A DNA stretch of 64,000 nt. Source: Leucoraja erinacea. Its lineage: Eukaryota. Position numbers and translations under genes: made by a program. Position 1 is the first letter of the stretch. Each line of letters starts with the position of its first letter. The notes beneath the pieces are model-generated. The model was not told where the DNA came from. It made no database searches and saw nothing but the letters and a program-made list of their open reading frames with translations. Location: positions 45,818,001-45,882,000 of the forward strand of contig NC_073391.1 of assembly GCF_028641065.1 (NCBI RefSeq), in the 5' to 3' direction. Shown here piece after piece: positions 23,238-35,780 of the stretch.

Positions 23238-23765
23238 ATCTGAGGAAGGACATTCTTGCCATAGAGGGAGTACAGAGAAGGTTCACCAGACTGATTCCTG
23301 GGATGTCAGGACTTTCATATGAAGAATGACTGGATAGACTCGGTTTGTACTCGCTAGAATTTAGAAGATTGAGGGGGGATCTTATAGAAACTTACAAAAT
23401 TCTTAAAGGGTTGGACAGGCTAGATGCAGGAAGATTGTTCCCGATGTTGGGGGAAGACCAGAACAAGGGGTCACAGTTTAAGGATAAGGGGGAAATCTTT
23501 TAGGACCGAGATGAGGAAAACATTTTTCACACAGAGAGAGGTGAATCTCTGGAATTCTCTGCCACAGAAGGTAGTTGAGGCCAGTTCATTGGCTATATTT
23601 AAGAGGGGGTTAGATGTGGCCCTTGTGGCTAAAGGGATCAGGGGGTATGGAGAGAAGGCAGGGATGGGATACTGAGTTGGATGATCAGCCATGATCATAT
23701 TGAATGGCAGTGCGGGCTCGAAGGGCCGAATGGCCTACTCCTGCACCTATTTTCTATGTTTCTAT
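23238..23765 (+). mobile_element. Young CR1/HER1 3' fragment
   Basis: Near-identical to the 3' part of 27125-28676. Confidence 0.88.
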
Positions 23766-23957
23766 CACTCATGATCTATGATCTTATGACATGATCTTAT
23801 GAAACCCGCAAGGTCGCAGGGAGAACATTAAAACTTGGCTGTGGGATTGCAGCAGCACCAGCTGCTGTGCCACTGTGACAACTTGTGTCCATGACATGGT
23901 GTACAATTCTTTATTTTAGTTCCCATGTAAAAGGACCAATTGGTTGTGGTCCGATGG

Positions 23958-24110
23958 CGAACGCTGAGCCGGTGATTTCAGATAACTGCCATGGCGCCTT
24001 CTTTACCCAGAAACCTCCGCGCCCCAGAACTCACCCTATGTTGCAGGCGACAACAAGCGCGCAGGCGCGGAGAGACCCCAAGCCGCGCATGCGGACAGAA
24101 GACTCCGGAG
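23958..24110 (+). promoter_or_regulatory. Truncated promoter module (ZNF-5) lacking the exon-1 donor
   Basis: The module is conserved up to GACTCCGGAG, then fuses to the intron-3' conserved block (cccaggcagaaggcgagggcttgttcc). Confidence 0.7.
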
Positions 24111-24209
24111 CCCAGGCAGAAGGCGAGGGCTTGTTCCCCCAGCCTCGCTGCCACTGTGTGGCGTCTTATTTCACCACAGAGACAAGACATATCTTGTCCG
24201 AAAAACTAT

Positions 24210-25310
24210 TTAAGGAAGAACTGCAGATGCTGGAAAAATCGAAGGTAGACAAAAATACTGGAGAAACTCAGGGGGCGGAGGCAGCATCTTTGGAGAGAAG
24301 GAAATAGGCGACGTTTCAGGTCGAGACCCTTCTTTAGGCAGAGGTGGGGGGAAAGAAAGGAAAACAAGGAAGTGGAGACAGTGGGCTTGCGAGAGAGCTG
24401 GGAAGGGGAGGGGAGGGGAAGGAGGGAGAAAGCAAGGACTACCTGAAATTGGAGAAGCCAATGTTCATACCGCTGGGGTGTAAACTACCCAAGCGAAATA
24501 TGAGGTGCTGTTCCTCCAATGTGTGCTGGGCCTCACTCTGGCAATGGCGAAGGCCCAGGAAAGAAAGGTCAGATTCAGAATGGGAGGGGGGGAGTTGAAG
24601 TGCTGAGCCACCGGGAGATCAGGTTGGTTATTGCGAACTGAGCGGAGGTGTTGGGCGAAGCGATCGCCAAGCCTGCGCTTGGTCTCACCGATGTAGAGAA
24701 GTTGACACCTGGAACAGCAGATGCAGTAGATGAGGTTGGAGGAGGTGCAGGTGAACCACGGCCTCACCTGGAAAAAGACTGGTTGGGTCCATGGATGGGG
24801 TCGAGGGGGGAGGTAAAGCGACAAGTGTAGCTTTTCCAGCGGTTGCAAGGGACAGGACCAGAGGAGGGGGTGGTTTGGGTGGGAAGGGACAAATTGACCA
24901 GGGAGTTACGGAGGGAACGGTCTCTGCTGAAAGCAGAAAGAGGAGGAGATGGGAAGATGTGGCCAGTGGTGGGATAAATTTGGAGGTGGCGAAAATATGG
25001 GAGGATTATATGTTTTATGCGACGGCTAGTATGGTGGAAGTTGAGGACAAGGGGGACCCTGTCCTTGTTACGAGTAAGGGGGATGGGGAGCCAGAGCAGA
25101 GCTGCGGGATATAGAGGTATCAGCCTCAACTATAATGGAAGAGGGGAACCCCCGTTCCTTAAAGAATGAGGACATCTCTGATGCCCTGGTCTGGAACACC
25201 TTATTCTGGGTGCAGATGGGGCATAGACTGAGAAATTGGGAGTAGGGGATAGAGTCCTTACAGGAAGCAGGGTAGGAAGAAGCGTAGCCCAGATAGTCAT
25301 GGGAGTGATC
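24210..25310 (-). mobile_element. Penelope-like element fragment (GIY-YIG endonuclease) with hammerhead-bearing terminal repeat
   Basis: ORF 24465..24848 contains FTCTSSNLIYCICCSRCQLLYIGETKRRLGDRFAQH and VAQHFN. ORF 24764..25129 contains RVPLVLNFH. Related pieces lie at 20625-20900 and 36990-37500. Confidence 0.88.
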
Positions 25311-25369
25311 TTTAACTAACTGATCTTTTACTATTAATTTGATTGGAACCTCTTTTTACAGAATAAGAC

Positions 25370-26602
25370 ATGCAGAGTATTTGTATACCAAAATCTCAAG
25401 TTTGTTCAGCTGAACAGCACCTCAACGCGTGGGAGGGATTGATTGTGTCAGCTGAGCCGACGAGGGCCAGCATGGAGAAATTGTTCACCACGTCTGAGGC
25501 AGGGCAGGGATTCAGCCAATCTTCCCACCTGGTGACTCTCCACCAAGATCACGCCGCTGTGAGTAAACCATTTGCCTGTCCAGATTGTGGGAAGGGATTC
25601 ATCCAATCATGGCACCTGAAGAGACACCAGCGGCTTCACACTGGAGAGAGACCATTCACCTGCTCGGAGTGCGGGAAAGGATTCACTAATTCATCTGCGT
25701 TGTTGAGACACCAGATGATCCACACAGGTGATAGGCCGTACACCTGCCCTGTGTGTAACAAGAAATTCCTTTATTCGGTGGCATTAGTGAACCACCAGAG
25801 AATTCACACTGGGGAGAGGCCATTCACCTGCTCTGACTGTGGCAAAGGTTTCGCTCAATCAACTGCATTAATGGCACACCAGAAGATTCACACCGGCGAG
25901 AGGCCATTCACTTGTTCTGTGTGCGGGAAGAGATTCATTCAAGCAAGTAACCTGAAGATGCACCAGCTAACTCACACCGGGGAGAGGCCATTCACCTGCG
26001 CTGAGTGTGGGAAGGGATTCAATCAACCTTCCAACCTGAGAACCCACCAGCGAATTCACAGCGTGGAGAGGCTGTTCACCTGTTGTGAGTGTGGGAAGGG
26101 ATTCATTCAAGCATGCAACCTGAAGAGGCACCAGCTAACTCACACCGGGGAGAGGCCGTTCATCTGCTCTGAGTGTGGGAAGGGTTTCACTGATTCATCT
26201 GAGTTACAGAAGCACTTCAGAATTCACACCGGGGAGAAGCCATTCACCTGCTCTGACTGTGGGAAGGGATTCAGTCAATCAACTGCATTACTATCTCACC
26301 GGAAGATTCACACTATGGACAGGCTATTCACCTGTTCTGTGTGTGGGAAGGGATTTCTATATTATTCTCGGCTACAAACACACAAGCGAATTCACACTGG
26401 GGAGAGACCGTTCATATGTTCTGCGTGTGGGAAAGCATTTACTCAAGTTTCTGGGCTAAAGATACACGAACGAATTCACACCGGGGAGAGGCCGTTCATC
26501 TGCTCTGAGTGTGGGAAGGGATTCTCTCAATCTTCGAACCTGGGGACCCATCTGCGAATTCACAGGGTGCATAAATCATTTGCCTCTTCCAACTGTGGGT
26601 AG
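25370..26602 (+). CDS. C2H2 zinc-finger-only protein (ZNF-5), 12 fingers
   Basis: 410-aa ORF. Acceptor at 25360-25361, second in-frame ATG at 25472 (MEKLF), AATAAA at 26884-26889. Confidence 0.87.
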   Translation: MQSICIPKSQVCSAEQHLNAWEGLIVSAEPTRASMEKLFTTSEAGQGFSQSSHLVTLHQDHAAVSKPFACPDCGKGFIQSWHLKRHQRLHTGERPFTCSECGKGFTNSSALLRHQMIHTGDRPYTCPVCNKKFLYSVALVNHQRIHTGERPFTCSDCGKGFAQSTALMAHQKIHTGERPFTCSVCGKRFIQASNLKMHQLTHTGERPFTCAECGKGFNQPSNLRTHQRIHSVERLFTCCECGKGFIQACNLKRHQLTHTGERPFICSECGKGFTDSSELQKHFRIHTGEKPFTCSDCGKGFSQSTALLSHRKIHTMDRLFTCSVCGKGFLYYSRLQTHKRIHTGERPFICSACGKAFTQVSGLKIHERIHTGERPFICSECGKGFSQSSNLGTHLRIHRVHKSFASSNCG

Positions 26603-27124
26603 GATTTCATTGGTAAATTTAACCTGGTGATCCACGAGATAATTAATGCTGGGGAGAAGCCATTCACCTGTTTAGTGCCTGGGAAGGGGTTCATTTGAAT
26701 ATCTGGGCTATTGGCACACCAGCTCATTCACACTGAATGGAAAGTTGAAATACGTTTTTTATTTTGATGTTAGTGCTGATGTTTGTTACACATAGGACTG
26801 AACCCTGGTCCCTGGGCAAAGTTTGTACTGATGTCAGTAACTTGATCAACTGGAATGGAGTTTAATATCCTGAGTCTGTGACAAATAAATGTGTTCTATT
26901 GTAAACCCTGTGTCGTCTGCCTGCAATGTACATGGAGAGGTTGTTCGGCCCATCTTGTCCCTGTCAGTATTTTATCTTCCACTACTCTGTTGGAATATTC
27001 TTGTATATCCTTTTTCTCTGTTTTCTCAGCTTCCTATTAAGTAAATGTCTGTTATTCATCTCTATTTGATTGGAAAACAAAACTTGGAAAGAGGCCCTTT
27101 GGCCAACCGAGTTCATGCCAACTA

Positions 27125-28676
27125 GCCGGGAAATGGTGTTAGGTAAATGGAATGGCTTAAAGGCCGATAAATCCCCAGGGCCAGATAAGTTGCATCCCAG
27201 AGTACTTAAGGAAGTAGCCGCAGAAATAGTGGATGCATTAGTGATAATTTTTCAAAACTCTTTAGATTCTGGAGTAGTTCCTGAGGACTGGAGGGTAGCT
27301 AATGTAACCCCACTTTTATAAAAGGGAGAGAGAGAGAAAACGGGGAATTACAGACCAGTTAGTCTAACATCAGTGGTGGGGAAAATTCTGGAGTCAGATA
27401 TTAAAGATGGGATAGCAGCACATTTGGAAAGTGGTGAATTCATTGGACAAAGTCAGCATGGATTTATGAAAGGTAAATCATGTCTGACGAATCTTGTAGA
27501 ATTTTTCGAGGATGTAACTAGTAGAGTGGATAAGGGAGAACCAGTGGATGTGTTATATCTGAACTTTCAGAAGGCTTTCGACAAGGTCCCACTTAAGAGA
27601 TTAGTATACAAACTTAAAGCACATGGTATTGGGGGTTCAGTATTGATGTGGATAGAGAGCTGGCTGGCAGACAGGAAGCAAAGAGTAGGAGTAAATGGGT
27701 CCTTTTCAGAATCGCAGGCAGTGACTAGTGGGGTACCGCAAGGCTCAATGCTGGGACCCCAGCTATTTACAATATATATTAATGATCTGGATGAGGGAAT
27801 TAAATGCAACATCTCCAAGTTTGCGGATGTCAAGAAGCTGGGGGCAGTGTTTAGCTGTGAGGAGGATGCCAGGAGGCTGCAAGGTGACTTGGATAGGTTG
27901 GTTGTCTGTTATCTGAATGGTGGCCGATTAGGAAAAGGGGAGATGCAACAAGACCTGGGTGTCATGGTACATCAGTCATTGAAAGTAGGCATGCAGGTGC
28001 AGCAGGCAGGGAAGAAAGCGAATGGTATGTTAGCATTCATAGCAAAAGGATTTGAGTATAAGAGCAGGGAGGTTCAACTGCAGTTGTACAGGGTCTTGGT
28101 GAGACCACACCTGGAGTATTTCGTACAGTTTTGGTCTCCTAATCTGAGGAAAGACATTCTTGCCATAGAGGGAGTACAGAGAAGGTTCACCAGACTGATT
28201 CCTGGGATGGCAGGACTTTCATATGAAGAAAGGCTGGATAGACTCGGCTTGTACAGGCTAGAATTCAGAAGATTGAGGGGGGATCTTATAGAAACGTACA
28301 AAATTCTTAAGGGGTTGGACAGGCTAGATGCAGGAAGATTATTCCCGATGTTGGGGAAGTCCAGAACTAGGGGTCACAGTTTAAGGATAAGAGGGAAGTC
28401 TTTTAGGACCAAGATGAGAAAATCATTTTTTACACAGAGAGTGGTGAATCTGTGGAATTCTCTGCCACAGAAGGTAGTTGAGGCACAGTTCATTGGCTAT
28501 ATTTAAGAGGGAGTTAGACGTGGCCCTTGTGGCTAAAGGGATCAGGGGGTATGGAGAGAAGGCAGGGATGGGATACTGAGTTGGATGATCAGCCATGATC
28601 ATATCGAATGGCGGTGCAGGCTCGAAGGGCCGAATGGCCTACTCCTGTACCTATTTTCTATGTTCTATGTCTATGT
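27125..28676 (+). mobile_element. 5'-truncated CR1/HER1 LINE with RT remnant
   Basis: ORFs 27070 and 27373..28506 contain QHGFMKGKSCLTNL, GVPQGS and FADV (catalytic FADD mutated). There is an internal deletion near 27900 and a 3' tail CCTACTCCTG..TTCTATGT. The paralog near 32925 has the empty site. Confidence 0.92.
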
Positions 28677-28944
28677 AACAATAAATCACCCATAAACACT
28701 AGTTCCATGTTATCTCTCTTTTGCTTCATACAATACACACAAACGGAATTTATAGTGACCAATTAATCTTTAAACCCATACTTCTTTGGGATGTGGATGG
28801 GAACCGGAGCACACAGAAGAGCGTTTGACGGCACTGGGCCTGTACTCGCTGGAGTTTAGAAGAATGAGGGGGGACCTCATTGACATGTATAGAATAGTGA
28901 ATGGCTTGGATATAGTGGATATGGAGAGGATGTTTCCACTAGAG

Positions 28945-29032
28945 TGATTGACTGTGTCGGCTGAGCCGACTAGCGCCAGCATGGAGAAATTATTCACCAC
29001 GTCTGCGGCAGGGCAAGGATTCAGCCAATCTC
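28945..29032 (+). pseudogene. 5' remnant of a deleted ZNF exon (paralog of the ZNF-5/7 start)
   Basis: gctgagccgac...agcATGGAGAAATTATTCACCACGTCTG...GGATTCAGCCAATCT matches 25440-25522, then joins directly to the upstream flank of the next promoter. Confidence 0.8.
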
Positions 29033-29534
29033 AACTGTTGCAAAACCCCAGCGATTTAGTTGATTTTTTTCCACACCATGAAATGATTTGATTTTCACAA
29101 ATAATTCAACGTATCGCGTGAGAGAGCTTGCCGTGTAAAATTGTCTGCTGAGACTCTTCACAATATGATCAAGTGGCTGTTTAGCCAGTGATTTCAGATC
29201 ATGTCCATGGCGCCCTCTTTACCCAGAAACCTTCGCTCCCCAGAACTCGCTCTATGTTGCAGGCGACAACAAGCGCGCAGGCGCGGAGACCCGGAAGTGA
29301 TGCGGCCAAGACGCGCATGCGGTCCGTGGACAAAAGACTCCGGAGGATCGGCGGCGGGTAGGAGCGGGGATCCGGGCGCGGGATCAGGCAACACCGAGGC
29401 CCCGGCCTGAGGAGCGGCCCCCGGCTGCGGGGAGAATCGGTGCGGCCCTCGGGGACACGGTGGCCCGTCACGTGCTGGTCCTTCTCTCCCTTCGGGCCCC
29501 GGGGAGTTTCCCGCCCATCAGTGACGCTGCTGAC
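29033..29534 (+). promoter_or_regulatory. ZNF promoter/exon-1 module (ZNF-6); continues at 30847-31030 after the transposon
   Basis: Full motif set including CCGGAAGT, with donor at 29358. Colinear with 40740-41325. Confidence 0.78.
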
Positions 29535-30846
29535 CAAAGATCTTATAGCGGAGCAAGATAGGCTACTCCTGCTAAATGCAATGGACTGACGTGTAGTACG
29601 CTATGGAGGGGGATCATGGGCATTTTCCACGCCCATTTTAGCAACCTGAGCCTACCTAACCCGACCCGACTCGCACTGTAATCAATGTTGCGGGGCAACA
29701 GTTTGTGTGGGTCAGATTCATAAATCTGTCAGTTCAAACTTCTTGTCAAGAATAAAATTTGATTCTGGTAATTGTCTTTTTTAATGTTTTTTAAATCATT
29801 TCTTTTTAAATGGCTCACAAGCCGTGTTTGAGTTGGTTTTGTAGTAACCGGAACCGACCGACTCGCAGGGTGATTGACAGGGGGGACTTTTTGTGCGTGA
29901 TTATAGGGTTAGATTCATAATTCAATTAGTTCATAATTCTGTTGATTCTTGTTAAGGAATAAAATGTTTATAAACACACATACATGAAATTATATAAATG
30001 TCTATAGCACACACAATTATATTTCTTCTAAACCAATAATGAACTTTATTTCAGACTAGACAAGGGACATTAAATAAGAAACATTGTAAATAAGAAACAT
30101 TGTCTTGGGGCACTCTCTCTCCCCGCTGCCCCGGGCCCCGCACTCTCTCTCCCCGCACTCTCTCTCCGGCCCCGGGCCCCGCCCCACACTCCTTCTCCCC
30201 GCTGCCCCGGGCCCCGCACTCCCTCTCCCCGCTGCCCCGGGCCCCGCACTCCCTCTCCCCGCTGCCCCGGGCCCCGCACTCTCTCTCCCCGCTGCCCCGG
30301 GCCCCGCACTCCCTCTCCCCGCTGCCCCGGGCCCCACACTCTCTCTCCCCGCTGCCCCGGGCCCCGCACTCTCTCTCCCCGCTGCCCCGGGCCCCGCGCT
30401 CCTCTCCCCGCTGCCCCGGCCCCACACTCTCTCTCCCCGCTGCCCCGGGTCCCGCACTCTCTCTCCCCGCTGCCCCGGGTCCCGCACTCTCTCTCCCCGC
30501 TGCCCCGGGCCCCGCACTCTCTCTCCCCGCTGCCCCGGGCCCCGCACTCTCTCTCCCCGCTGCCCCGGGCCCCGCACTCTCTCTCCCCGCTGCCCCGGGC
30601 CCCACACTCTCTCTCCCCGCTGCCCCGGGCCCCGCACTCTCTCCCCGCTGCCCCGGGCCCCACACTCCTTCTCCTCGCTGCGGATCCAATCTTTGGCCGG
30701 AAGCAAGAAGGCGGGAGCAAGATGGCGGAACAAGATGGCGGAGTCAGCTTGCTAAAATGTGTCCTGTAATTACCCATGAAACCGCCCATGAGCGTACCTC
30801 ACGTTTGCGTGAGAGTAACCTATCTTGCTTCGCTCTAAGATCTTTG
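29535..30846. mobile_element. Non-autonomous DNA transposon, P-element-like (CAAAG termini, 8-bp TSD)
   Basis: Left end CAAAGATCTTATAGCGGAGCAAGATAGG versus right-end reverse complement CAAAGATCTTAGAGCGAAGCAAGATAGG (26/28). TSD CTGCTGAC at 29527-29534 and 30847-30854. The paralog near 41220 has the empty site. No transposase ORF. Confidence 0.88.
30110..30675. repeat. GC-rich ~30-bp minisatellite inside the P-like element
   Basis: About 19 copies of CACTCTCTCTCCCCGCTGCCCCGGGCCCCG. This explains the repetitive ORFs in five frames. Confidence 0.95.
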
Positions 30847-31471
30847 CTGCTGACGGCGGCCTAACCAGGCGACGCATGCGCAACGATTGCACGGTGACGG
30901 ATAGACCGGTTTCTGGCTCGCGGGGTGTTGTGGGTAAAGACAGGGCCATTGTTCACACACCGGCGATTCACTGCCGATCCGCAGAGGGTGTGCGGCAGCG
31001 CAAACATGGATTCCCTGGCCCCCAAAGGGTCTGATCGGTCGTTACAAGGAACTGCGGATGCGTCTGAAGGGAAAAAGACAAAAAATCTATATTTTTTAAA
31101 AGGGCTATTCTCAATTTTGGGGGGCGTCCATTACCAGGGACCACAGTCTCAAACACACTTTTTCACCCAGAGAGTTGTGAATTTGTGGAATCCTTTGCCA
31201 CAGAAGGCAGTGGAGGCCAATAAGAGAGTTCGGTATTCAAAAAAACACAAGGAATCATGGGAGTTGTCAACAGTCATTCCTCGCTGTCACGGAGTGGTGA
31301 CATATTTCACCATAGAGACAAAAATCACCTTGCCTGAAACACTGATCTTTACTTATTAATTTTATTGTAATTTCTTTTTACAGGATGGAACAGGCAGAGC
31401 ATTTGTTTACGGGATTCTCAAACGGAGTCACTGTGTCAACTTAGCCGACCAGACACCAGATAGTTCACAGC

Positions 31472-32251
31472 ATGGATAAATTATTCACCAGCTCGCAGTG
31501 TGGGCAGGGATTCACTCAATCTTCCCACCAGCAAGATGAAACTGTGGTGAAACCACTTGCCTGTTCCGATTGTGGGAATGGATCCACTCAAGCAAGCCAT
31601 CTGAAGGGACACCAGCAAATTCACACTGGGGAGAGGCCATTCACCTGCTTCGAGTGTGCAAAGAAATTCACTAATTCTTCCAGTCTGGTGGCCCACCAAC
31701 GGATTCACACTGGAAAGAAACCATTTCCCTGTCCCGATTGTGGGAAGGCATTCACTCGAGCAAACAACCTCCAAAGGCACCAGCAAATCCACACTGGAGA
31801 GAGGCCGTTCATATGTTCTGAGTGCGGGAAGGGATTCATTCAATCCGCTGAGCTACTGAGACACCAGCATGTTCACACTGGGGACAGGCCATTCACCTGT
31901 TGTGAGTGTGGCAAGGGATTCATTCAATCTTCCCACCTGGGGACCCATCAGCGAATTCACAGCGTGAAGAGACTGTTCACCTGTTGTGAGTGTGGGAAGG
32001 GATTCATTCAAGCATGCAACCTGAAGAGGCACCAGCTAACTCACACCGGGGAGAAGCCATTCACCTGCTCTGAGTGTGGGAAAAGATTCACTGATTCATC
32101 TGAGTTACAGAGGCACTTCAGAATTCACACTGGGGAGAAGCCATTCACCTGCTCTGAGTGTGGGAAGGGATTCAGTCAATCTTCCAACCTGCAGACCCAT
32201 CTGCGAATTCACAGCGTGGATAAATCATTTGCCTCTTCCAACTGTGGGTAA
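31472..32251 (+). CDS. C2H2 zinc-finger-only protein (ZNF-6), 8 fingers
   Basis: 259-aa ORF. Acceptor at 31382-31383, donor at 29358, AATAAA at 32689-32694. Confidence 0.85.
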   Translation: MDKLFTSSQCGQGFTQSSHQQDETVVKPLACSDCGNGSTQASHLKGHQQIHTGERPFTCFECAKKFTNSSSLVAHQRIHTGKKPFPCPDCGKAFTRANNLQRHQQIHTGERPFICSECGKGFIQSAELLRHQHVHTGDRPFTCCECGKGFIQSSHLGTHQRIHSVKRLFTCCECGKGFIQACNLKRHQLTHTGEKPFTCSECGKRFTDSSELQRHFRIHTGEKPFTCSECGKGFSQSSNLQTHLRIHSVDKSFASSNCG

Positions 32252-34529
32252 GATTTCATTGGTAAATCTAACCTGGTGATCCACGAGATAATTAATGCTG
32301 GGGAGAAGCCATTCACCTGTCTTGTGCCTGGGAAGGGATTCATTTGAATATCTGGGCTATTGGCGCACACACTGAGTGGAAAGTTGAAATACATTTTTTG
32401 TTTTCATGTTAGTGCTGATGTTTGTTACACATAGGACTGAACCATGGTCCTTGGGCAAAGTTTGTACTGATGTCAGTAACTTGGTTTACTGGACTGGAGT
32501 TTAATATCTGTGACAAATCAAGATCAAGAGAGTTTATTGTCATGTGTCCCAGATAGGACAATAAAATTCTTGCTTTGCTTCAGCACAACAGAATATTGGA
32601 GGCATAAATAAATACAGAATAGATCAGTGTGTCCATATACCACATATTGGTTAACTGGACTGGAGTTTAATATCCTGAGTCTGTGACAAATAAATGTGTT
32701 CTATTGTAAACCCTGTGTCGTCTGTCTGCAATGTACATGGAGAGGTTTTTCGGCCCATCTGGTCCCTGTCAGTATTTTATCTTCCACCACTCTGTTGGAA
32801 TATTTTTGTATTTCTTTGTCCTCTGTTTTCTCAATTTCCCATTAAGTAAATGTCTGTTATTCATCTCAATTTGATTGAAAGACAAAACTTGGAAAGAGGC
32901 CCTTTGGCCCACCGAGTTCATGCCAACTATAGATCACCCATAAACACTAGTTCCATGTTATCTCTCTTTTGCTTCAAATATCTTTATTGTCATTTCCTGA
33001 GTATTCACATACCCAGAGGAAACAAAAAAAAACGTTGCTCAACCAGTGTCCATTCAGTGTGCATTAAAAATAAATAGAAATAAAAATACATATATCATGA
33101 ACAAATTTAACACTCTACTAAACATTCAACAGGCGTTCCGATCGGCAGCGGCACAACAGTGGCTCTGCTGCAGTGTGTCCAGTATATGGTTGGTAGTGAA
33201 TGGCTTGGCAAAGTCCGTTTATGTCTTATAGCCTGCGGGAAGAAGCTGTGGAGAGAGTCTAGAGCTAATGCTCCTAGTCTCCCAGATGGCAGGAGGAGAA
33301 TTGTGATGAAATAGGTGGTAGGGGAATTTCTGATGGGTGAATCTGCTGATAATCTCTTCATTGCCACAGAAAGGGAGTGAAGCACATGTCCTGTGGGCGG
33401 TCTTCAAGGTAAAGAGATAGATTGAAAGGTCTCTTTTGCCCTTCCAATCCCTTATCTCTCTTTTGCTTCAAATCCCTTCATACGTATGGAATTTACAGAG
33501 ACCTTTTACATTAATCTTTAAACCCATACTTCTTAGGGATGTGGAAAGTAACCGTAGCATAATAGAGGAGGGTTTTACGGCACTGGGCCTGTACTCGCTG
33601 GAGTTTTGAAGAATGAGAGGGAATCTCATTGAAATATATAGATTAGTGAATGGCTTGGATAGAGTGATGTGGATAGGATGTTTCCACTAGGTGGGAGAGT
33701 CTAGAACTAGAGGTCATAGTCTCAGAATTAAAGGAAATTCTTTTAGGAAATAGTTAAGGAGGAATTTCTGTAGTGGTGAATCTGTGGAATTCATTGCCAC
33801 AGAAAGCAATGAAGGCCATGTCAGTGGATATATTTAAGGTAAAGAGATAGATTGAAAGGTCTCAACCCTAAACGTCACCCATGAACTTCTCTCCAGAGAC
33901 CTGCTGTCCCGCTGAGTTACTCCAGAGATTCACCTATCTTTGATAAATTGTTGATTGGTATCATGGCACAGGTTTTAAAGGCAGGAGAATGGGGTTATCC
34001 TAGAAACATAGACCCTGGGTGCAGAAGACCATTCGGCCCATCGAGCCTGCAATCCATTCAATATGATCTAGCTGATCATCCCCTTAAGTATCCCGTACCT
34101 TTCTATAAGATCCCCTCTCAATCTCCTAAATTCTAGAGAGTATAAACCAAGTCTATCCAGTCTTCCTTCATAAGACAGTCCTGACATCCCAGGAATCAGT
34201 CTGGTGAACCTTCTTCTATGGCAATAATGTCCTTCCTCAGATTTGGAGACCAAAACTGTACGCAATACTTGAGAGGGAAAGGTAGATTGGCTATGATTGA
34301 TTAGTGGAGTAGACTCGATGGGCAGATTTCTGCTCTAAGAACCTATGACCAGGCGTTATGGGGAGAATTCTGTCAGTGGATAGATTAATGATTAGTTCAG
34401 GTATCAGAGGTTATGGGGAGAATGGGGTTAGGAGGGAGAGATTGATCAGCCATGATTGAATGAGAGTGGACTTGATAAGACAAATGGCCTAATTTTCCTC
34501 CTATCACTCATGATCTATGATCTTATGAC

Positions 34530-35780
34530 ATGTTCATTGATTTCAGATCTGCCTTCAACACTGTCATCCCCGCTAGCTTGATCACCAAACTCAGCGGACT
34601 TGGCATCCACCTCCCTCTGCAATTGGACACTGGATTTCCTCACCAACAGACCACAGTCTGTTAGGGTCAACAACCTCACCTCCTCCACTATAACACTGAA
34701 CACGCGTGCCACAGGGCTGTGTGCTCAGCCCTCTCCTCTACTCCCTCTTCACCCATGACTGCATCCCTAAGAATGGCTCCAACGCCATCATTAAATTTGC
34801 CGACGACACCACGGTTGTAGGACTGATCAGTGACAACGACGAGTCAGCCTACAGGGAGGAGGTCCAGCACCTGACAACCTGGTGTGAAAAAATGAAATGA
34901 AATGATTCAATTTATTGTCATTGTCAGTGTACAGTACAGAGACAACGAAATGCATTTTTAGCATCTCCCTTGAAAGGGAGACACAGGGCGTCGCGGTGTG
35001 CCCGCGCCTGCCGCTGTGCCAACAATAACCTCATCCTCAACTCCAAGAAGACAAAGGAAATTATTGTTGACTTCAGGAAGAACAGAGGGGGCAGACATAC
35101 TCCCCATCCATATAAACGGGACTGAGGTGGAGCGCGTCTCCAACTACAAATTGCTCGGGGTACACATCTCGGAGGATCTGTCCTGGTCCTTCAACACCTC
35201 CAAGCTGATCAAAAAGGCGCAGCAGCGCCTTTACTTCCTGAGGAGGCTCAAGAAAGCTCACCTGTCCCCCCTCACCTGTCCCCCCAGATCCTGACCAACT
35301 TTTGCCGCTGTACCATCGAAAGCACCCTGACCACCTGCTTCATGGTATGGTACAGCAGTTGCACCGTAGCGGACAGGAAGGCACTGCAACGGGTGGTGAA
35401 AACTGCACAGTACATCATCGGTGCTCCCGCTCCCTGCCATGGATGCCCTCCACCGAAAACGGTGTCTGAGACGGGCCGGGAAGATCATCAAATACCCCTC
35501 CCACCCTAACCATGGACTGTTTGCCCTCCTCCCATCAGGGAGGCGGTACAGGAGCCTCAGGTCTCGTACTAGTAGGATGAGGAACAGCTTCTACAACAAC
35601 ACTATCACATTGCTGAACTCGGAGTCCCGCCGATAGATTTGTCCAGTCTCTCCGTCCACATTGTTTGCTTATTCTGTATTTTTATTTCTATATTGCACTA
35701 TTACTACGGACTGACGCTAAACTGCATTTCGTTGTACCCATACTTGTATCTGTGCAATGACAATAAAGTTGAATTGAATG
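34530..35780 (+). mobile_element. Rex1/L2-type LINE fragment with RT motifs
   Basis: [35 protein letters not shown] and LLPSGRRYR, with frameshifts. 3' tail AATAAAGTTGAATTGAA. Confidence 0.88.

Noticed and set aside
27373-28506. 377-aa reverse transcriptase ORF as an active or domesticated gene
   Set aside because: It is a 5'-truncated CR1 with an upstream stop, an internal deletion and FADV in place of FADD.
30051-30864. Five long overlapping ORFs (212-254 aa)
   Set aside because: They are translations of a stop-free 30-bp minisatellite, not genes.
33380-34270. Scrambled, interleaved repeat fragments (also 54490-55260)
   Set aside because: Short duplicated chunks and heavily gapped CR1 sequence look like nested decay or local consensus error. 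This cannot be interpreted without reads.
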